DNA of 39,706 nt from a virus (taxonomy: Duplodnaviria > Caudoviricetes), in IMG/VR virus record IMGVR_UViG_3300033109_000107, positions 1 through 39,706 of that record. One strand, written 5' to 3'. Below are positions 6,448-15,343 of the stretch, in pieces. Numbering within the stretch: the stretch's first letter is position 1; each line of letters opens with the position of its first letter. The notes under the pieces were generated by a model. The model searched no databases. It was not told the DNA's origin and saw nothing but the letters and a program-made list of their open reading frames with translations. Both the position numbers and the translations under genes were made by a program.

Positions 6448-6455
6448 TCCTCAAA

Positions 6456-6920
6456 CTAGAACGGAATGTCGTCCTCGAAGTCGTTGAAGCCGCCGCCCGA
6501 AGACGGTGCGGCCGGCTTCGACGGAGCCGGCCGGCTGCCGCCGCCGCTGCTCTCGCGCGGTCCGGCATCGCCCATGCCCTCACGCCGGCCCAGCATCTGC
6601 ATCTCGTTGGCTTCGATCTCGGTGGTGTAGCGCTCCTGGCCTTCCTTGTCGGTCCACTTGCGCGTACGGATGCGGCCTTCGAGGTAAACCTGCGAGCCCT
6701 TCTTGAGGTACTGGCCGGCAATCTCGGCCAGCTTGCGGTAGAAGACCACGCGATGCCACTCGGTGATTTCCTTCTTCTCGCCCGACTGCTTGTCTTTCCA
6801 GCTCTCGGTGGTCGCCACGCGGATGTTGCACACCGCGTCGCCGTTGGGCATGTAGCGTGTCTCCGGGTCCGCACCGAGGTTGCCGATGAGGATTACTTTG
6901 TTGACGCTTGCCATGCTCAT
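6456..6920 (-). CDS. ssb: Single-stranded DNA-binding protein
   Basis: [21 protein letters not shown]... OB fold and acidic DDIPF tail. Confidence 0.97.
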   Translation of the reverse strand: MSMASVNKVILIGNLGADPETRYMPNGDAVCNIRVATTESWKDKQSGEKKEITEWHRVVFYRKLAEIAGQYLKKGSQVYLEGRIRTRKWTDKEGQERYTTEIEANEMQMLGRREGMGDAGPRESSGGGSRPAPSKPAAPSSGGGFNDFEDDIPF

Positions 6921-7648
6921 TCCTTTACGTTTGATTTGGTGAATTTCGTCCAGGCGGTCGAAAGCTTCTTTCCGTCCTCAGTCTTTGCCGCCCCGAGGAA
7001 GTACGGGACCGCTGCCAGCATGTCGTTTGTCAGACCTGTAGTGAATCGCAAGTGCTGGTCTACTTGTTGAATGTCTCCTGTTTCGCGGTAGATTGTTACC
7101 GCTTCTTTGACGGAATCAAAGACGATTACACGTTCTTCATCCGTCAAGTCATCTGCGCACGATTGCGATGGGGTGATGGCTCCATTCCCTTGTTGAATCC
7201 CGGTGTCTTTGTACTTGGTGCCATCCCATCGTCCCATGTAGATGTCAGCAGCTACGCCAAGCATTTTGAGCGCAACCGATAGGGCATCCGTGGTTGCCAT
7301 CTTGAAAGACTCGTCATTGTGGTGAATGCCGTTTTTGTCTTTTTCAAGCAGCATTGATCCGCCGATGCCTGGAATTGGCGCAGACCACCCTTCGTCCTGT
7401 TTGGTATAAACCAGAACACTTGCAAAGGCGAACATCTGCCCGTCAAGCCCAGGCTCAGTCCAGAGGCGCGTTACTTCGTATTTCCAGCCAATCCCGCAAG
7501 GCCCGAAGGTGTCGTGCATAACCTTGTAGCGCCATTGCGGGTTGACATCTGTCATCCCCGACAATCGACCACCTTTGATCGCCTTGAGTGCGTCCTTTGG
7601 CGGTCTTGCCAGTTGTTCCCATGCGCTGATTTTCTCGGGTGCATTCAT
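6917..7648 (-). CDS. Single-strand annealing recombinase (Rad52/Sak-like)
   Basis: [16 protein letters not shown]...FGPCGIGW...[22 protein letters not shown] pattern; located directly upstream of ssb. Confidence 0.7.
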   Translation of the reverse strand: MNAPEKISAWEQLARPPKDALKAIKGGRLSGMTDVNPQWRYKVMHDTFGPCGIGWKYEVTRLWTEPGLDGQMFAFASVLVYTKQDEGWSAPIPGIGGSMLLEKDKNGIHHNDESFKMATTDALSVALKMLGVAADIYMGRWDGTKYKDTGIQQGNGAITPSQSCADDLTDEERVIVFDSVKEAVTIYRETGDIQQVDQHLRFTTGLTNDMLAAVPYFLGAAKTEDGKKLSTAWTKFTKSNVKE

Positions 7649-7692
7649 ATTCCTGCTCCTGTCCTAATTGCTGCCAATATTGGATGCCACGA

Positions 7693-7797
7693 TCAGACAT
7701 GATCATCAATCCATGCCTTCCAGAAAATCGACGCTATCGCCACACCTGCCAGAAGGCCGAAGAGAAACCACTTCATAATTTCGTAGTCACTCATCAT
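7693..7797 (-). CDS. Small membrane peptide (34 aa)
   Basis: Manual translation MMSDYEIMKWFLFGLLAGVAIASIFWKAWIDDHV; overlaps neighbouring ORFs. Confidence 0.45.
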   Translation of the reverse strand: MMSDYEIMKWFLFGLLAGVAIASIFWKAWIDDHV

Positions 7798-7888
7798 CGC
7801 CCATTCCATAACTGATCGCTGATCCAACAAGCCACGCGACCGCGCACATGACGACCGTATAGACGAATACCACTAACAGGAAGTCCAT
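7787..7888 (-). CDS. Small membrane peptide (33 aa)
   Basis: Manual translation MDFLLVVFVYTVVMCAVAWLVGSAISYGMGDDE; TAATG coupling and GGAGG RBS. Confidence 0.5.
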   Translation of the reverse strand: MDFLLVVFVYTVVMCAVAWLVGSAISYGMGDDE

Positions 7889-8223
7889 TACTTGCCCTCC
7901 ACCTTGAATCGAATCCATCCTTCTGCGGCATCAAGTAGCCATTCATTGATCCGCTGGTAGGCCCGAGTAATTCCAGAAGCATCCAAGTCACGCATGGCCG
8001 TCCCGAACTCCGAGAGAATCCGAATCATTGCGTTAGGCTCGGTGCCGTATTCGGCGCACATCGCGTTGCTAATGACATCGATCAACTCAAGCCGGTTGGA
8101 TACGTCAAACAGTTCCGTGACCTGGCGCTTGATTTCCTGCTCGGCTTCGCGCTCCTGCTGGTCAGTCATGAACATCCTGCGTTCCAAGTCAATAGGCATT
8201 GATATTCCGTCGCTGAATCCCAT
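7888..8223 (-). CDS. Hypothetical protein, first gene of the left early operon
   Basis: 111 aa ORF with AAGGAG RBS. Confidence 0.65.
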   Translation of the reverse strand: MGFSDGISMPIDLERRMFMTDQQEREAEQEIKRQVTELFDVSNRLELIDVISNAMCAEYGTEPNAMIRILSEFGTAMRDLDASGITRAYQRINEWLLDAAEGWIRFKVEGK

Positions 8224-8609
8224 GATGTCTCCTTGTTCGTCCCGGTGGTGCCTCGCCGGGAAGCGGCTTCTTCCAGCCTTCCCGACCCTTGGGGGTCAAT
8301 CCAAGCAGCTACTAGCGCCGCTGCTCAAGGCATCCTCGCCGGTCATCCGGGCCGGCACGGTTGAATCAACACTCCACTTTCTCAACTGGACTACTGACTT
8401 CCGCAGTAGCTAGATGGAGGGCGGCTCACCGGCTCCACTCGCCCGGTATGGCTTTTAGCGAGAACAAGCCGCCTTTCATCTAGCTACTGCACCTACCGGG
8501 TGATTCACCTATCGCTGCGGTCCTGCGTGGCCTAGCCCGTTGCGCCTGCGATCTGTGACAGTGCCCTTCGGTTTTGCTGCATCGGCTTTAACTTCATCCG
8601 ATGGTTCGT

Positions 8610-8637
8610 ATCTTACCAGACTAAGCGAACAAGTCAA
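8610..8637 (-). promoter_or_regulatory. Putative PL promoter with overlapping operator CTTA-N6-TAAG (8612-8625)
   Basis: TTGACT-16-TAAGAT on - strand; the same palindrome overlaps the PR -10. Confidence 0.6.
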
Positions 8638-8668
8638 GTGGAAAATTCGCGCGCTAAGTTATGCGGGC

Positions 8669-8692
8669 AAAAAAATCCCGCTGGTAGCGGGA
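8669..8692 (-). terminator. Rho-independent terminator after the cI-lipoprotein unit
   Basis: ATCCCGCT acc AGCGGGAT hairpin followed by a T-run on - strand. Confidence 0.7.
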
Positions 8693-8700
8693 TGATTTGG

Positions 8701-9063
8701 TTACTGGCAGAAGGTTTGTATTCGCCCTGTAGCGTCCCTGTAAGTTTGGCAATTCACCATGCGGGGCGGCTGAGGCGGTGAGGATAATACTTGCGGCTGG
8801 CTTTGATGTAGAAGCTGTGAGCCTATAGCAGCGCGTCTTGCATCCTTACTATCTTCGATCCTGGCTTGCTCGCTCGACAGCCTCCAATCACATTGATGCC
8901 CGCGTAAATGAAGCTCCCTTGCAGCAGCATCACGATTGCTTGCCCGTGTGAATACCGAATAACAGAGGTCTTCATTGGTTGCTGCCCTAGCTTCTTTTCG
9001 TTGCATTGCTTGGGTTGAGCAGCCAGTTATTGACGCCGCAAGCAACAATACGAGTATGCGCAT
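8701..9063 (-). CDS. Lipoprotein downstream of the repressor
   Basis: MRILVLLLAASITGC signal peptide with lipobox Cys. Confidence 0.7.
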   Translation of the reverse strand: MRILVLLLAASITGCSTQAMQRKEARAATNEDLCYSVFTRASNRDAAARELHLRGHQCDWRLSSEQARIEDSKDARRAAIGSQLLHQSQPQVLSSPPQPPRMVNCQTYRDATGRIQTFCQ

Positions 9064-9141
9064 TCCTTGCCTCCGATAAATATATGACTTTAGCATTAGT
9101 CAAAGGCGCTCTAGCCCTAGTCTTGCGCACTCGGGGTTGGG

Positions 9142-9579
9142 CTATCGTGTCCCGGTGCGCTTGTGAGGGGTTGTTTTTGGTGGGGCCTTCCCGAGTGTCA
9201 TGGCGATCTGCTGATTCTTCTTCGCCCGCTCTAAAGCTGCGGCCTTTTCCTCTGGCAAGAGCCAGTCAAAGGCATTCATCCACTCGGTTTGTTCGTCGGT
9301 CATCTTGGATGCCGGGGGCATGTCTTTAAGACGTTTGGGTAGCTTGCCATGATTTACCCAATCCGGTGAATAGCCCAAACGGACTAATCTAGCCAAGGAG
9401 TCTTCGCCCAATTTCTCGTTTGGGTCGGTACTGGTCTTGATCTGACCGACGCGGCCCGAACTTCTTCCGATCATCTCGGCAATTCTGTTATTCAGGCCGT
9501 GCGCGTCTTCCGCTCCCTGTTCAAGAGCGATTTCCTTCAGACGGTCGAATAGCTTTCCCATGCTTACCATGCTATTCAT
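9142..9579 (-). CDS. CI-like repressor (HTH; no S24 peptidase domain seen)
   Basis: Divergent from cro; IAEMIGRSSGRVGQI HTH-like segment and SPDWVNHGK motif. Confidence 0.7.
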   Translation of the reverse strand: MNSMVSMGKLFDRLKEIALEQGAEDAHGLNNRIAEMIGRSSGRVGQIKTSTDPNEKLGEDSLARLVRLGYSPDWVNHGKLPKRLKDMPPASKMTDEQTEWMNAFDWLLPEEKAAALERAKKNQQIAMTLGKAPPKTTPHKRTGTR

Positions 9580-9597
9580 TCATCTGCTTACTGCGCC

Positions 9598-9626
9598 TTG
9601 CTTTTTAACACTTAGCGGAGTAAGAT
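9598..9626 (+). promoter_or_regulatory. Putative PR promoter with operator CTTAGCGGAGTAAG (9611-9624)
   Basis: TTGCTT-17-TAAGAT just upstream of cro. Confidence 0.65.
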
Positions 9627-9633
9627 AGTCAGT

Positions 9634-9792
9634 ATGAACGCTAACAAAATCATTGACGCTCTCGGCGGAACTAGCGCGGTAGCCAAGCTGTTTGAGGTTA
9701 CGACCGGAGCGGTATCGCAGTGGCGCAAGAAGGGCATTCCAAAAGCTCGGTTGCTGCATTTGAAGTCTATTCGGCCGGATTTGGTTGCGTGA
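9634..9792 (+). CDS. cro: Cro-like repressor (52 aa, not in ORF track)
   Basis: MNANKIIDALGGTSAVAKLFEVTTGAVSQWRKKGIPKARLLHLKSIRPDLVA: typical Cro/YdaS HTH. Confidence 0.88.
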   Translation: MNANKIIDALGGTSAVAKLFEVTTGAVSQWRKKGIPKARLLHLKSIRPDLVA

Positions 9793-9837
9793 GTCCATGC
9801 AAAAAATTTTGCGCCATCTTCAACTGGTAACTCAACG

Positions 9838-10191
9838 ATGAATCCTATGAATTCTCTTGATATACCACTTGCCTTCGGAGTCTCAAACGCCCCGATCTGG
9901 TTGGACGACAAGGCCATATCTAGTGTTTCGTCCTACCGGGAAGCTGTCCGTATCTGCTGGATTCATCGTCGCATTCAAGGGATGACGCAACGGACTGCCG
10001 CTGAACTGTGCGGGCTGTACCCGTCACATGTCTCGGATTACCTCTCCGACGACGAAAGCAAGAGGAATCTGCCAGCAGATCGAATCCAGGCATTTGAATC
10101 CCTCTGCGGAAACCGTGCAATCACCCAATGGGAAATGCGCCAGAGGGGATTGACGATCATGGAAGAGGTCATCAGCAGGAAGGCTGCGTAG
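9838..10191 (+). CDS. CII-like HTH transcriptional regulator
   Basis: MTQRTAAELCGLYPSHVSDYL HTH; position after cro. Confidence 0.7.
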   Translation: MNPMNSLDIPLAFGVSNAPIWLDDKAISSVSSYREAVRICWIHRRIQGMTQRTAAELCGLYPSHVSDYLSDDESKRNLPADRIQAFESLCGNRAITQWEMRQRGLTIMEEVISRKAA

Positions 10192-10733
10192 TGGCTCAAC
10201 GTGCAAAGCTCGGCAAAAAAGTCCGCTTCAATGTTTTTAAGCGCGATGCCTTCACCTGCCAATACTGCGGGAGTAAGCCGCCCGCTGTGGTCTTAGAGGT
10301 AGATCACATACATCCAGTATCAAAGGGCGGCACAGACGAAATAGATAATCTCATTACTGCTTGCTTTGATTGCAACAGGGGTAAGTCGTCCGGGCTTCTA
10401 TCAGCGATCCCCCAGAGCCTTGAAGAAAGGGCGGAGCAACTACGCGAGAAGCACGAGCAAATCAAAGCATACGAACGTCTTTTAAAGACAATTAAGCGCA
10501 AGGAAGATGCCGACATTGATCGCGTTGAGGATGTCTTCAGGGAATACTTCAACGGATTTGTCTTTTCTGAAAATTTCAGAGACTCAGTGAGGTTGTTCCT
10601 TCAGAAGCTGCTTAGAGATGAGGTTGAGAGTGCAATGCACAAGGCATGCTCTCGCATCAAGACAAGACACGAAGCAATCAAATACTTCTGCGGAATTTGC
10701 TGGACGATGATTAGGAATAACAAGAATGCCTAA
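10191..10733 (+). CDS. HNH endonuclease
   Basis: RFNVFKRDAFTCQYCG...LEVDHIHPVSKGG...NLITACFDCNRGK. Confidence 0.9.
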   Translation: MAQRAKLGKKVRFNVFKRDAFTCQYCGSKPPAVVLEVDHIHPVSKGGTDEIDNLITACFDCNRGKSSGLLSAIPQSLEERAEQLREKHEQIKAYERLLKTIKRKEDADIDRVEDVFREYFNGFVFSENFRDSVRLFLQKLLRDEVESAMHKACSRIKTRHEAIKYFCGICWTMIRNNKNA

Positions 10734-11532
10734 TCGAATCCTCAAGGAAACCATCTGCACTAGCGAAGAGGTCGAAGCCCTCTCACCAGAGCAAGAGGTT
10801 TTCTTCTATCGCTTGATGGTCGTATGCGACGACTTTGGTCTCATGGATGCGCGGCCCGCAATACTGAAAGCACGGTGCTATCCATTGAAATCAATTGATA
10901 TCAAGCGAATTCAATTGAACTTGGATGTTTTGCAGCAGGTTGGGTTGATTTCAACCTACATGGTGGCCGGGAAACCGTACCTGCACATAGCAAATTGGGA
11001 AAAGCACCAGCAGATCAGGGCGAAGCGGGCGAAATACCCCATGCCAAGTGAATCTGATAGCACTTGCAATCAATTGATATCAGATGCACCCGTAATCCAA
11101 TCCAATCCAATCCAATCCGAATCCAATCCGAATCCAATCCAATCAGCGGGGAAAAAGGCATCCCCGCAGTTTGAGCAAGCATGGACAGAGTACCCGCGTA
11201 AGGGCGACACAAACAAGCGTGGTTCTCTAAAAGCATGGAACGCAAGGGTCAGTGATGGCGAAGACCCGGATGCGATGTTGGCTGGAGTCATTCGTTACGC
11301 GGCCTACTGTCGTGCCATGCAAACCGAGAACGCCTACATCAAGCAGCCGGCAACATTCTTCGGCCCGGACAAGCATTACCTGACCTCTTGGGAAATCCCG
11401 CAAAGGAGTCCGCATGCAAACCATCGGAACACTGCTGCCGACACTATCGCAGCCTTCACAGGACAACGACAGCCAGCCGTACCAGAAGGGAGTTCCGGAG
11501 TCGTGGTTGAGGGCAGCGGAACTCGTGTTTGA
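10726..11532 (+). CDS. Phage replication initiator protein
   Basis: MPNRILKETI...DDFG N-terminal domain, low-complexity linker, FEQAWTEYPRK...YIKQPATFF C-terminal domain. Confidence 0.8.
   Translation: MPNRILKETICTSEEVEALSPEQEVFFYRLMVVCDDFGLMDARPAILKARCYPLKSIDIKRIQLNLDVLQQVGLISTYMVAGKPYLHIANWEKHQQIRAKRAKYPMPSESDSTCNQLISDAPVIQSNPIQSESNPNPIQSAGKKASPQFEQAWTEYPRKGDTNKRGSLKAWNARVSDGEDPDAMLAGVIRYAAYCRAMQTENAYIKQPATFFGPDKHYLTSWEIPQRSPHANHRNTAADTIAAFTGQRQPAVPEGSSGVVVEGSGTRV
11094..11144 (+). repeat. AATCC(G) tandem microrepeat within the replication gene
   Basis: aatccaatccaatccaatccaatccgaatccaatccgaatccaatccaatc. Confidence 0.85.
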
Positions 11533-11821
11533 ACAACTCTCGATTCACTACGGAGCTTCCAGGATGTCCGCGCACTGGAACGGGATCAATGCAGACAAGG
11601 CGAAGGCGTATTGGGGCCGCAAGCTGATGCACATGCGCCGCGAGTCGATTGGTTATGCCCTGCGCCATCTTCCGAACAATCCTCCGACTGTCGAAGAGTT
11701 CTGCGCGATTGCTAGCCGTTGCCCGCCCCCCACTTTCAAGGCCCTTCCGTGGCGGTTGAGTGAAGAGGATCGGCAGAAGGGTAAGGAGAGGATTGCGAAG
11801 ATTCGGGAGATGTTCAAGTGA
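11414..11821 (+). CDS. Replication accessory protein (possible helicase loader)
   Basis: Overlaps the initiator gene; LPNNPPTVEEF motif; positional inference. Confidence 0.55.
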   Translation: MQTIGTLLPTLSQPSQDNDSQPYQKGVPESWLRAAELVFEQLSIHYGASRMSAHWNGINADKAKAYWGRKLMHMRRESIGYALRHLPNNPPTVEEFCAIASRCPPPTFKALPWRLSEEDRQKGKERIAKIREMFK

Positions 11822-11890
11822 TCCCCTGCATGGGCGGCTGGTGCCTTTCCCGCATTCGTTGCGCTCACTACCACTCGGAGATGCAAGTAG

Positions 11891-12109
11891 ATGAACCCTG
11901 CGAAAGACTCTGCGGCGAAGTCGAAGAACCGGAGCCAATGGAAACGAATCGACAAGTACGCGATACAAAACCCGCCGTGGCGAATATCAATGTCATACGT
12001 CGACGGAAACACGATGTACGTAGTTTGGAAAGACGGGACGCCGGGGCCGCTGGCGTTTAAGGAAGATTTGGACGACTGCTTTGATTGGATCGAACATGAA
12101 AAAGACTGA
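11891..12109 (+). CDS. Hypothetical protein
   Basis: ORF in the right early operon; start uncertain. Confidence 0.45.
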   Translation: MNPAKDSAAKSKNRSQWKRIDKYAIQNPPWRISMSYVDGNTMYVVWKDGTPGPLAFKEDLDDCFDWIEHEKD

Positions 12110-12305
12110 ATGGTTTCCTTGCTCTGTAAAACCGGTTAGGCCGGGGTTGTATGAGGTTGTTCTTAGTTCTGGTTTCGATCATCCTGAGCTTTGTAGTTTC
12201 AATGGTGGAAGGTGGCGAAAATGGAATGACTGTAAAGCTAAGGCAGTCGGAGAAGCGCGTCCTGGCTATATGCCTGACGACTACTGGCGCGGAGTGAAGA
12301 AATGA
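12096..12305 (+). CDS. Hypothetical phage protein
   Basis: MKKTEWFPCSVKPVRPGLYEV...WRG, a common phage small-protein pattern. Confidence 0.65.
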   Translation: MKKTEWFPCSVKPVRPGLYEVVLSSGFDHPELCSFNGGRWRKWNDCKAKAVGEARPGYMPDDYWRGVKK

Positions 12306-12700
12306 ATAACTACCCAGCCTGCTTCAACTCCCAAGCTGAATACGACCTCTGGAAAGATGCGCGCCATATCAGCGCAACACGCTGCCAGCCATGCACAGAT
12401 TGCACGGTCGATTACAAGGTAGAAATGTGCCTACAAGACCGCTGCGCCCATCCTGAAGTCCGCTTCCGATTGGATGAGGATGGATTCACGGAAGGTTACT
12501 TCCCTCCTATTGCCAATGGTTATGAGATTGCAGACAAAGCGATGCGGATGATCCTGGGTGGCCCGATCAAGATCAGCCACTTCAACCGGAAATTCAAAAT
12601 CACGCCTGTTGATTTTCCGGTCGCTGGTGATGTTGTTGGCGTGTATGCCATCGGTGTGACGGTAGGACAGATTGAGCAGGACATGCTGGAGGTTCTGTGA
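12302..12700 (+). CDS. Hypothetical Cys-rich protein
   Basis: ATGA-coupled ORF with CQPCTDC motif. Confidence 0.65.
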   Translation: MNNYPACFNSQAEYDLWKDARHISATRCQPCTDCTVDYKVEMCLQDRCAHPEVRFRLDEDGFTEGYFPPIANGYEIADKAMRMILGGPIKISHFNRKFKITPVDFPVAGDVVGVYAIGVTVGQIEQDMLEVL

Positions 12701-13005
12701 ATCGCTGCCCAACCTGCGGAGCGCCAGAGAAACTTAGTGACCCTCAACGTGACAGATATTGGGCAATGCTCCAAGGCTACTGCAAGCACCCGAAGATGAT
12801 CGCGCAAGGGGTGAAGCCTTCTGGCCTGCATGAATACCTTGCTGACCTCTACCTGCCGCGCAAAGAGGTAAAGACGCCGATGGGGGTGAAGAGTGTTCGT
12901 GGATCGGTCAGCAGGAAGGCCGGGCCGGGGAAGATGACGATGAGCGAGTATATGGATCAAGTCGAAGCCTGGGCAGTTGAGTGTGGATTGTGGGAGGCGG
13001 AATGA
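12697..13005 (+). CDS. NinB-like protein
   Basis: SDPQRDRYWAML...MSEYMDQVEAWAVE resembles NinB; precedes NinG. Confidence 0.65.
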   Translation: MNRCPTCGAPEKLSDPQRDRYWAMLQGYCKHPKMIAQGVKPSGLHEYLADLYLPRKEVKTPMGVKSVRGSVSRKAGPGKMTMSEYMDQVEAWAVECGLWEAE

Positions 13006-13403
13006 AGGGGCCATCGCTTCCAGCCCTCCAAGCAAAAGCAGACAAGATCATGTCCATTTACATCCGCATGAAGTACGCAGATGCAGATGGCTTGGTTAAG
13101 TGCGTTTCCTGTGGCCGAACGTTTCACTGGAAGGATGTTGATTGCGGGCACTTTGTTCCCAAGTCTCGCGGGGCGGCTATCCGGTACGTTGAAGAAAATG
13201 TGCATCCCGAGTGTAGAGGTTGTAACTCGTTCAATGATGGGCACTTGATCGGTTATACCCTGTACATGATCGATATGTACGGAAGGGAAAAGATTGACGA
13301 ACTCAAGCGAGAAGCAAGGAAGGTAATGAAGCCCTCAGAGAAGCGGGCGGTGGTCGAAGAAGCTATTGCTTACTACACGCAAGCGTTGAAAGCACTTGCA
13401 TGA
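13002..13403 (+). CDS. ninG: NinG/Rap-like recombination endonuclease
   Basis: YIRMKYAD...CVSCG...DCGHF...RYVEENVHPECRGCN. Confidence 0.85.
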   Translation: MKGPSLPALQAKADKIMSIYIRMKYADADGLVKCVSCGRTFHWKDVDCGHFVPKSRGAAIRYVEENVHPECRGCNSFNDGHLIGYTLYMIDMYGREKIDELKREARKVMKPSEKRAVVEEAIAYYTQALKALA

Positions 13404-13612
13404 TCTGCGGCAACAAAAACAAGCCTACCCTAGACGGCTATTGGGCGCAGAACGGCACAGAAGTAGTGATGGATGTCGAGCTAGGCCCGATTGTGGTTAG
13501 GAAGGCTGTATGGATAGAGGATCACATGTCACGTGAATGCAGGTTCGATCAGAAGACGGAAGAGATGTGCGGAGGATGTGAGAGGTTTAACTGCGAGGTA
13601 ACCGGCGCATGA
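13400..13612 (+). CDS. Hypothetical protein
   Basis: Coupled ORF; last codons (FNCEVTGA) are encoded by attC R2. Confidence 0.6.
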   Translation: MICGNKNKPTLDGYWAQNGTEVVMDVELGPIVVRKAVWIEDHMSRECRFDQKTEEMCGGCERFNCEVTGA

Positions 13613-13663
13613 CGGCGAGCGCAGCGATGCCGTCAGGCGTCCGTGTTGACCGTGTAGTTATGC
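13585..13663 (-). other. attC-like site R2
   Basis: - strand GCATAAC-TACAC-GGTCAACACGGACGCC...TGCGCCGGTTACC-TCGCA-GTTAAAC; very similar to attC L10. Confidence 0.85.
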
Positions 13664-14256
13664 GCCTGGCTGCGCTGTTCGTGCAGCCGGACGGATGCTA
13701 TGCGGGACTGCCCGGCGTTGATGCGTGGCCGGAGCATCGAGACGCGAGGCGCTACGCGGGACCGCTGCCGGTTGTTGCGCACCCGCCCTGCCAATTGTGG
13801 GGCGCGATGGCGAACGTGAACTATGCCCGATGGGGCGGCGAGCACAACCGGCCTGGGAATGATGGTGGTTGCTTCTCTTCGGCGCTTGAAAGCGTGCGGC
13901 GGTTTGGTGGGGTGCTGGAGCACCCAGCAAAGACGAAGGCATGGGCCGCGCACGGACTGGCGCAACCGACCGGAATTGGCTGGCAGCGAACCATTGATGG
14001 TGGGTGGGTGTGCGAGGTTTGGCAGAGCGCCTACGGCCACCGGGCGAACAAGGCGACATGGCTTTACTACCACGGCACGAACCCGCCATTTGAACTGCGG
14101 TGGGCGAGGCCGGAAGGGACGCACCAGATTGGGTTTCACGACCAACGAGGGAAGGCGGCAAACAAGCCGACCCTCGGCAAGCGAGAGGCGAACGCTACGC
14201 CTTTGGAATTTCGGGACGAACTGCTGCGCCTGGCGATGATGGCGCATAACGACTGA
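13609..14256 (+). CDS. DNA cytosine-5 methyltransferase-like protein (cassette R2; alternative start 13660)
   Basis: LAALF, VVAHPPC, GVLEHP, YGHRANKATWLY; paralogue of 3886-4551. Confidence 0.65.
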   Translation: MTASAAMPSGVRVDRVVMRLAALFVQPDGCYAGLPGVDAWPEHRDARRYAGPLPVVAHPPCQLWGAMANVNYARWGGEHNRPGNDGGCFSSALESVRRFGGVLEHPAKTKAWAAHGLAQPTGIGWQRTIDGGWVCEVWQSAYGHRANKATWLYYHGTNPPFELRWARPEGTHQIGFHDQRGKAANKPTLGKREANATPLEFRDELLRLAMMAHND

Positions 14257-14307
14257 GTTGTGGGGCGGGCCGCTTGCGGCACGTCCCACACGAACGACGG
14301 GTTCGGC
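14244..14307 (-). other. attC-like site R1
   Basis: - strand GCCGAAC-CCGTC-GTTCGTGT-GGGACG...GCCGC AA GCGGC...CCCACAAC-TCAGTC-GTTATGC. Confidence 0.82.
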
Positions 14308-14331
14308 GGCACTGGAAACGGAGGACAAGCG

Positions 14332-14610
14332 GTGAAACACATTGACGACTGGCTGGATGACCCGACAACCGGCCCGGCTGACGTAAAGGAATGGCTTGAG
14401 CATTTCCGCAGGCCGGCGATTGACAAGGACTACAAGTGGCTGGCAGCGCGAAAGCTGTTTTGCACCTACAAGGACGGCAAGCGTTACCGCTGCATCGGTT
14501 GCAGCCGAATGGGAGACGTATGGCTGACGAAACATTTTGAGCGCGAGAACGGTTACGACCTACGCATCGACATTGACGACTGCACCGATTGGGAAGTGAC
14601 GCCGAACTAG
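14332..14610 (+). CDS. Hypothetical protein (cassette R1)
   Basis: GGAGG RBS and GTG start; ends TPN* at the core. Confidence 0.75.
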   Translation: MKHIDDWLDDPTTGPADVKEWLEHFRRPAIDKDYKWLAARKLFCTYKDGKRYRCIGCSRMGDVWLTKHFERENGYDLRIDIDDCTDWEVTPN

Positions 14611-14640
14611 ATTTATACGACACGCCGACAAAAACACTCA
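14601..14640 (-). other. Putative attI-like site heading the right cassette array
   Basis: - strand tgagtgtttttgtcggcgtgtcgtataaatctaGTTCGGC, matching 1691-1730. Confidence 0.7.
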
Positions 14641-14779
14641 ACCAAGGAGAACAAATGAACGAACCATGTAAAGGATGCCGGTATCTCTCTTGGCTATGGG
14701 GCTGTCGAATCTGCATGAAGCACGATTACCAAGCGGGGGTAAGGTTCAGCAAGTGTCAAGACTACAAGGAACGAGACTG

Positions 14780-15280
14780 ATGGGTTTTAGCGAACACTTG
14801 GCTGAATGCGTTGTTTCCTCCGACCTCCAATCCAAAGACTCATCAATCCGCGATGTTGAGTTCGTTGCTGCGCTCTCTGGTGCTTCGTCACTTGGGGCTG
14901 ACCTACTCCGGGCGAAGGACTACGACGCAAAGGCCCTGAAACGGGCGATCCTGGCCCTTAGCGCAAGAGTTAGGAAGAGACTCAAGCTCTCCATGTCACC
15001 CGCTCAGTTACTTTCAACCACGGCGATATTTGAGCTAATGCAGTGGCAGTGCCGGGACTGTTGGGGAGCGTCTGAGCAGATCATCGGCGGAATACGGGTA
15101 ACTTGCCCGACATGCGGAGGGGTAGGGGTGCATCGGTGGTCAGATAAGGATAGGGCCAATACCTCGGGGTTCCACGTCGAGACTTGGCATAAGTGGGCGA
15201 AGAAGTATGAGATCGTGCTATCGATGGCGAGGGGCCATGACGGGAACACAGAGCATGCGGCTAGGGTGAGGTTGGGGTGA
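14780..15280 (+). CDS. Late antitermination protein Q-like
   Basis: CRDCWG and CPTCGGVG zinc finger; immediately upstream of a strong promoter and the late genes. Confidence 0.65.
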   Translation: MGFSEHLAECVVSSDLQSKDSSIRDVEFVAALSGASSLGADLLRAKDYDAKALKRAILALSARVRKRLKLSMSPAQLLSTTAIFELMQWQCRDCWGASEQIIGGIRVTCPTCGGVGVHRWSDKDRANTSGFHVETWHKWAKKYEIVLSMARGHDGNTEHAARVRLG

Positions 15281-15314
15281 CATACCACAAAACAGCCCAT
15301 CCGTGTATCAATCC

Positions 15315-15343
15315 TTGACATTGAACGATAAATAGTGTATAAG
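15315..15343 (+). promoter_or_regulatory. Late promoter (PR'-like)
   Basis: TTGACA-17-TATAAG. Confidence 0.75.
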
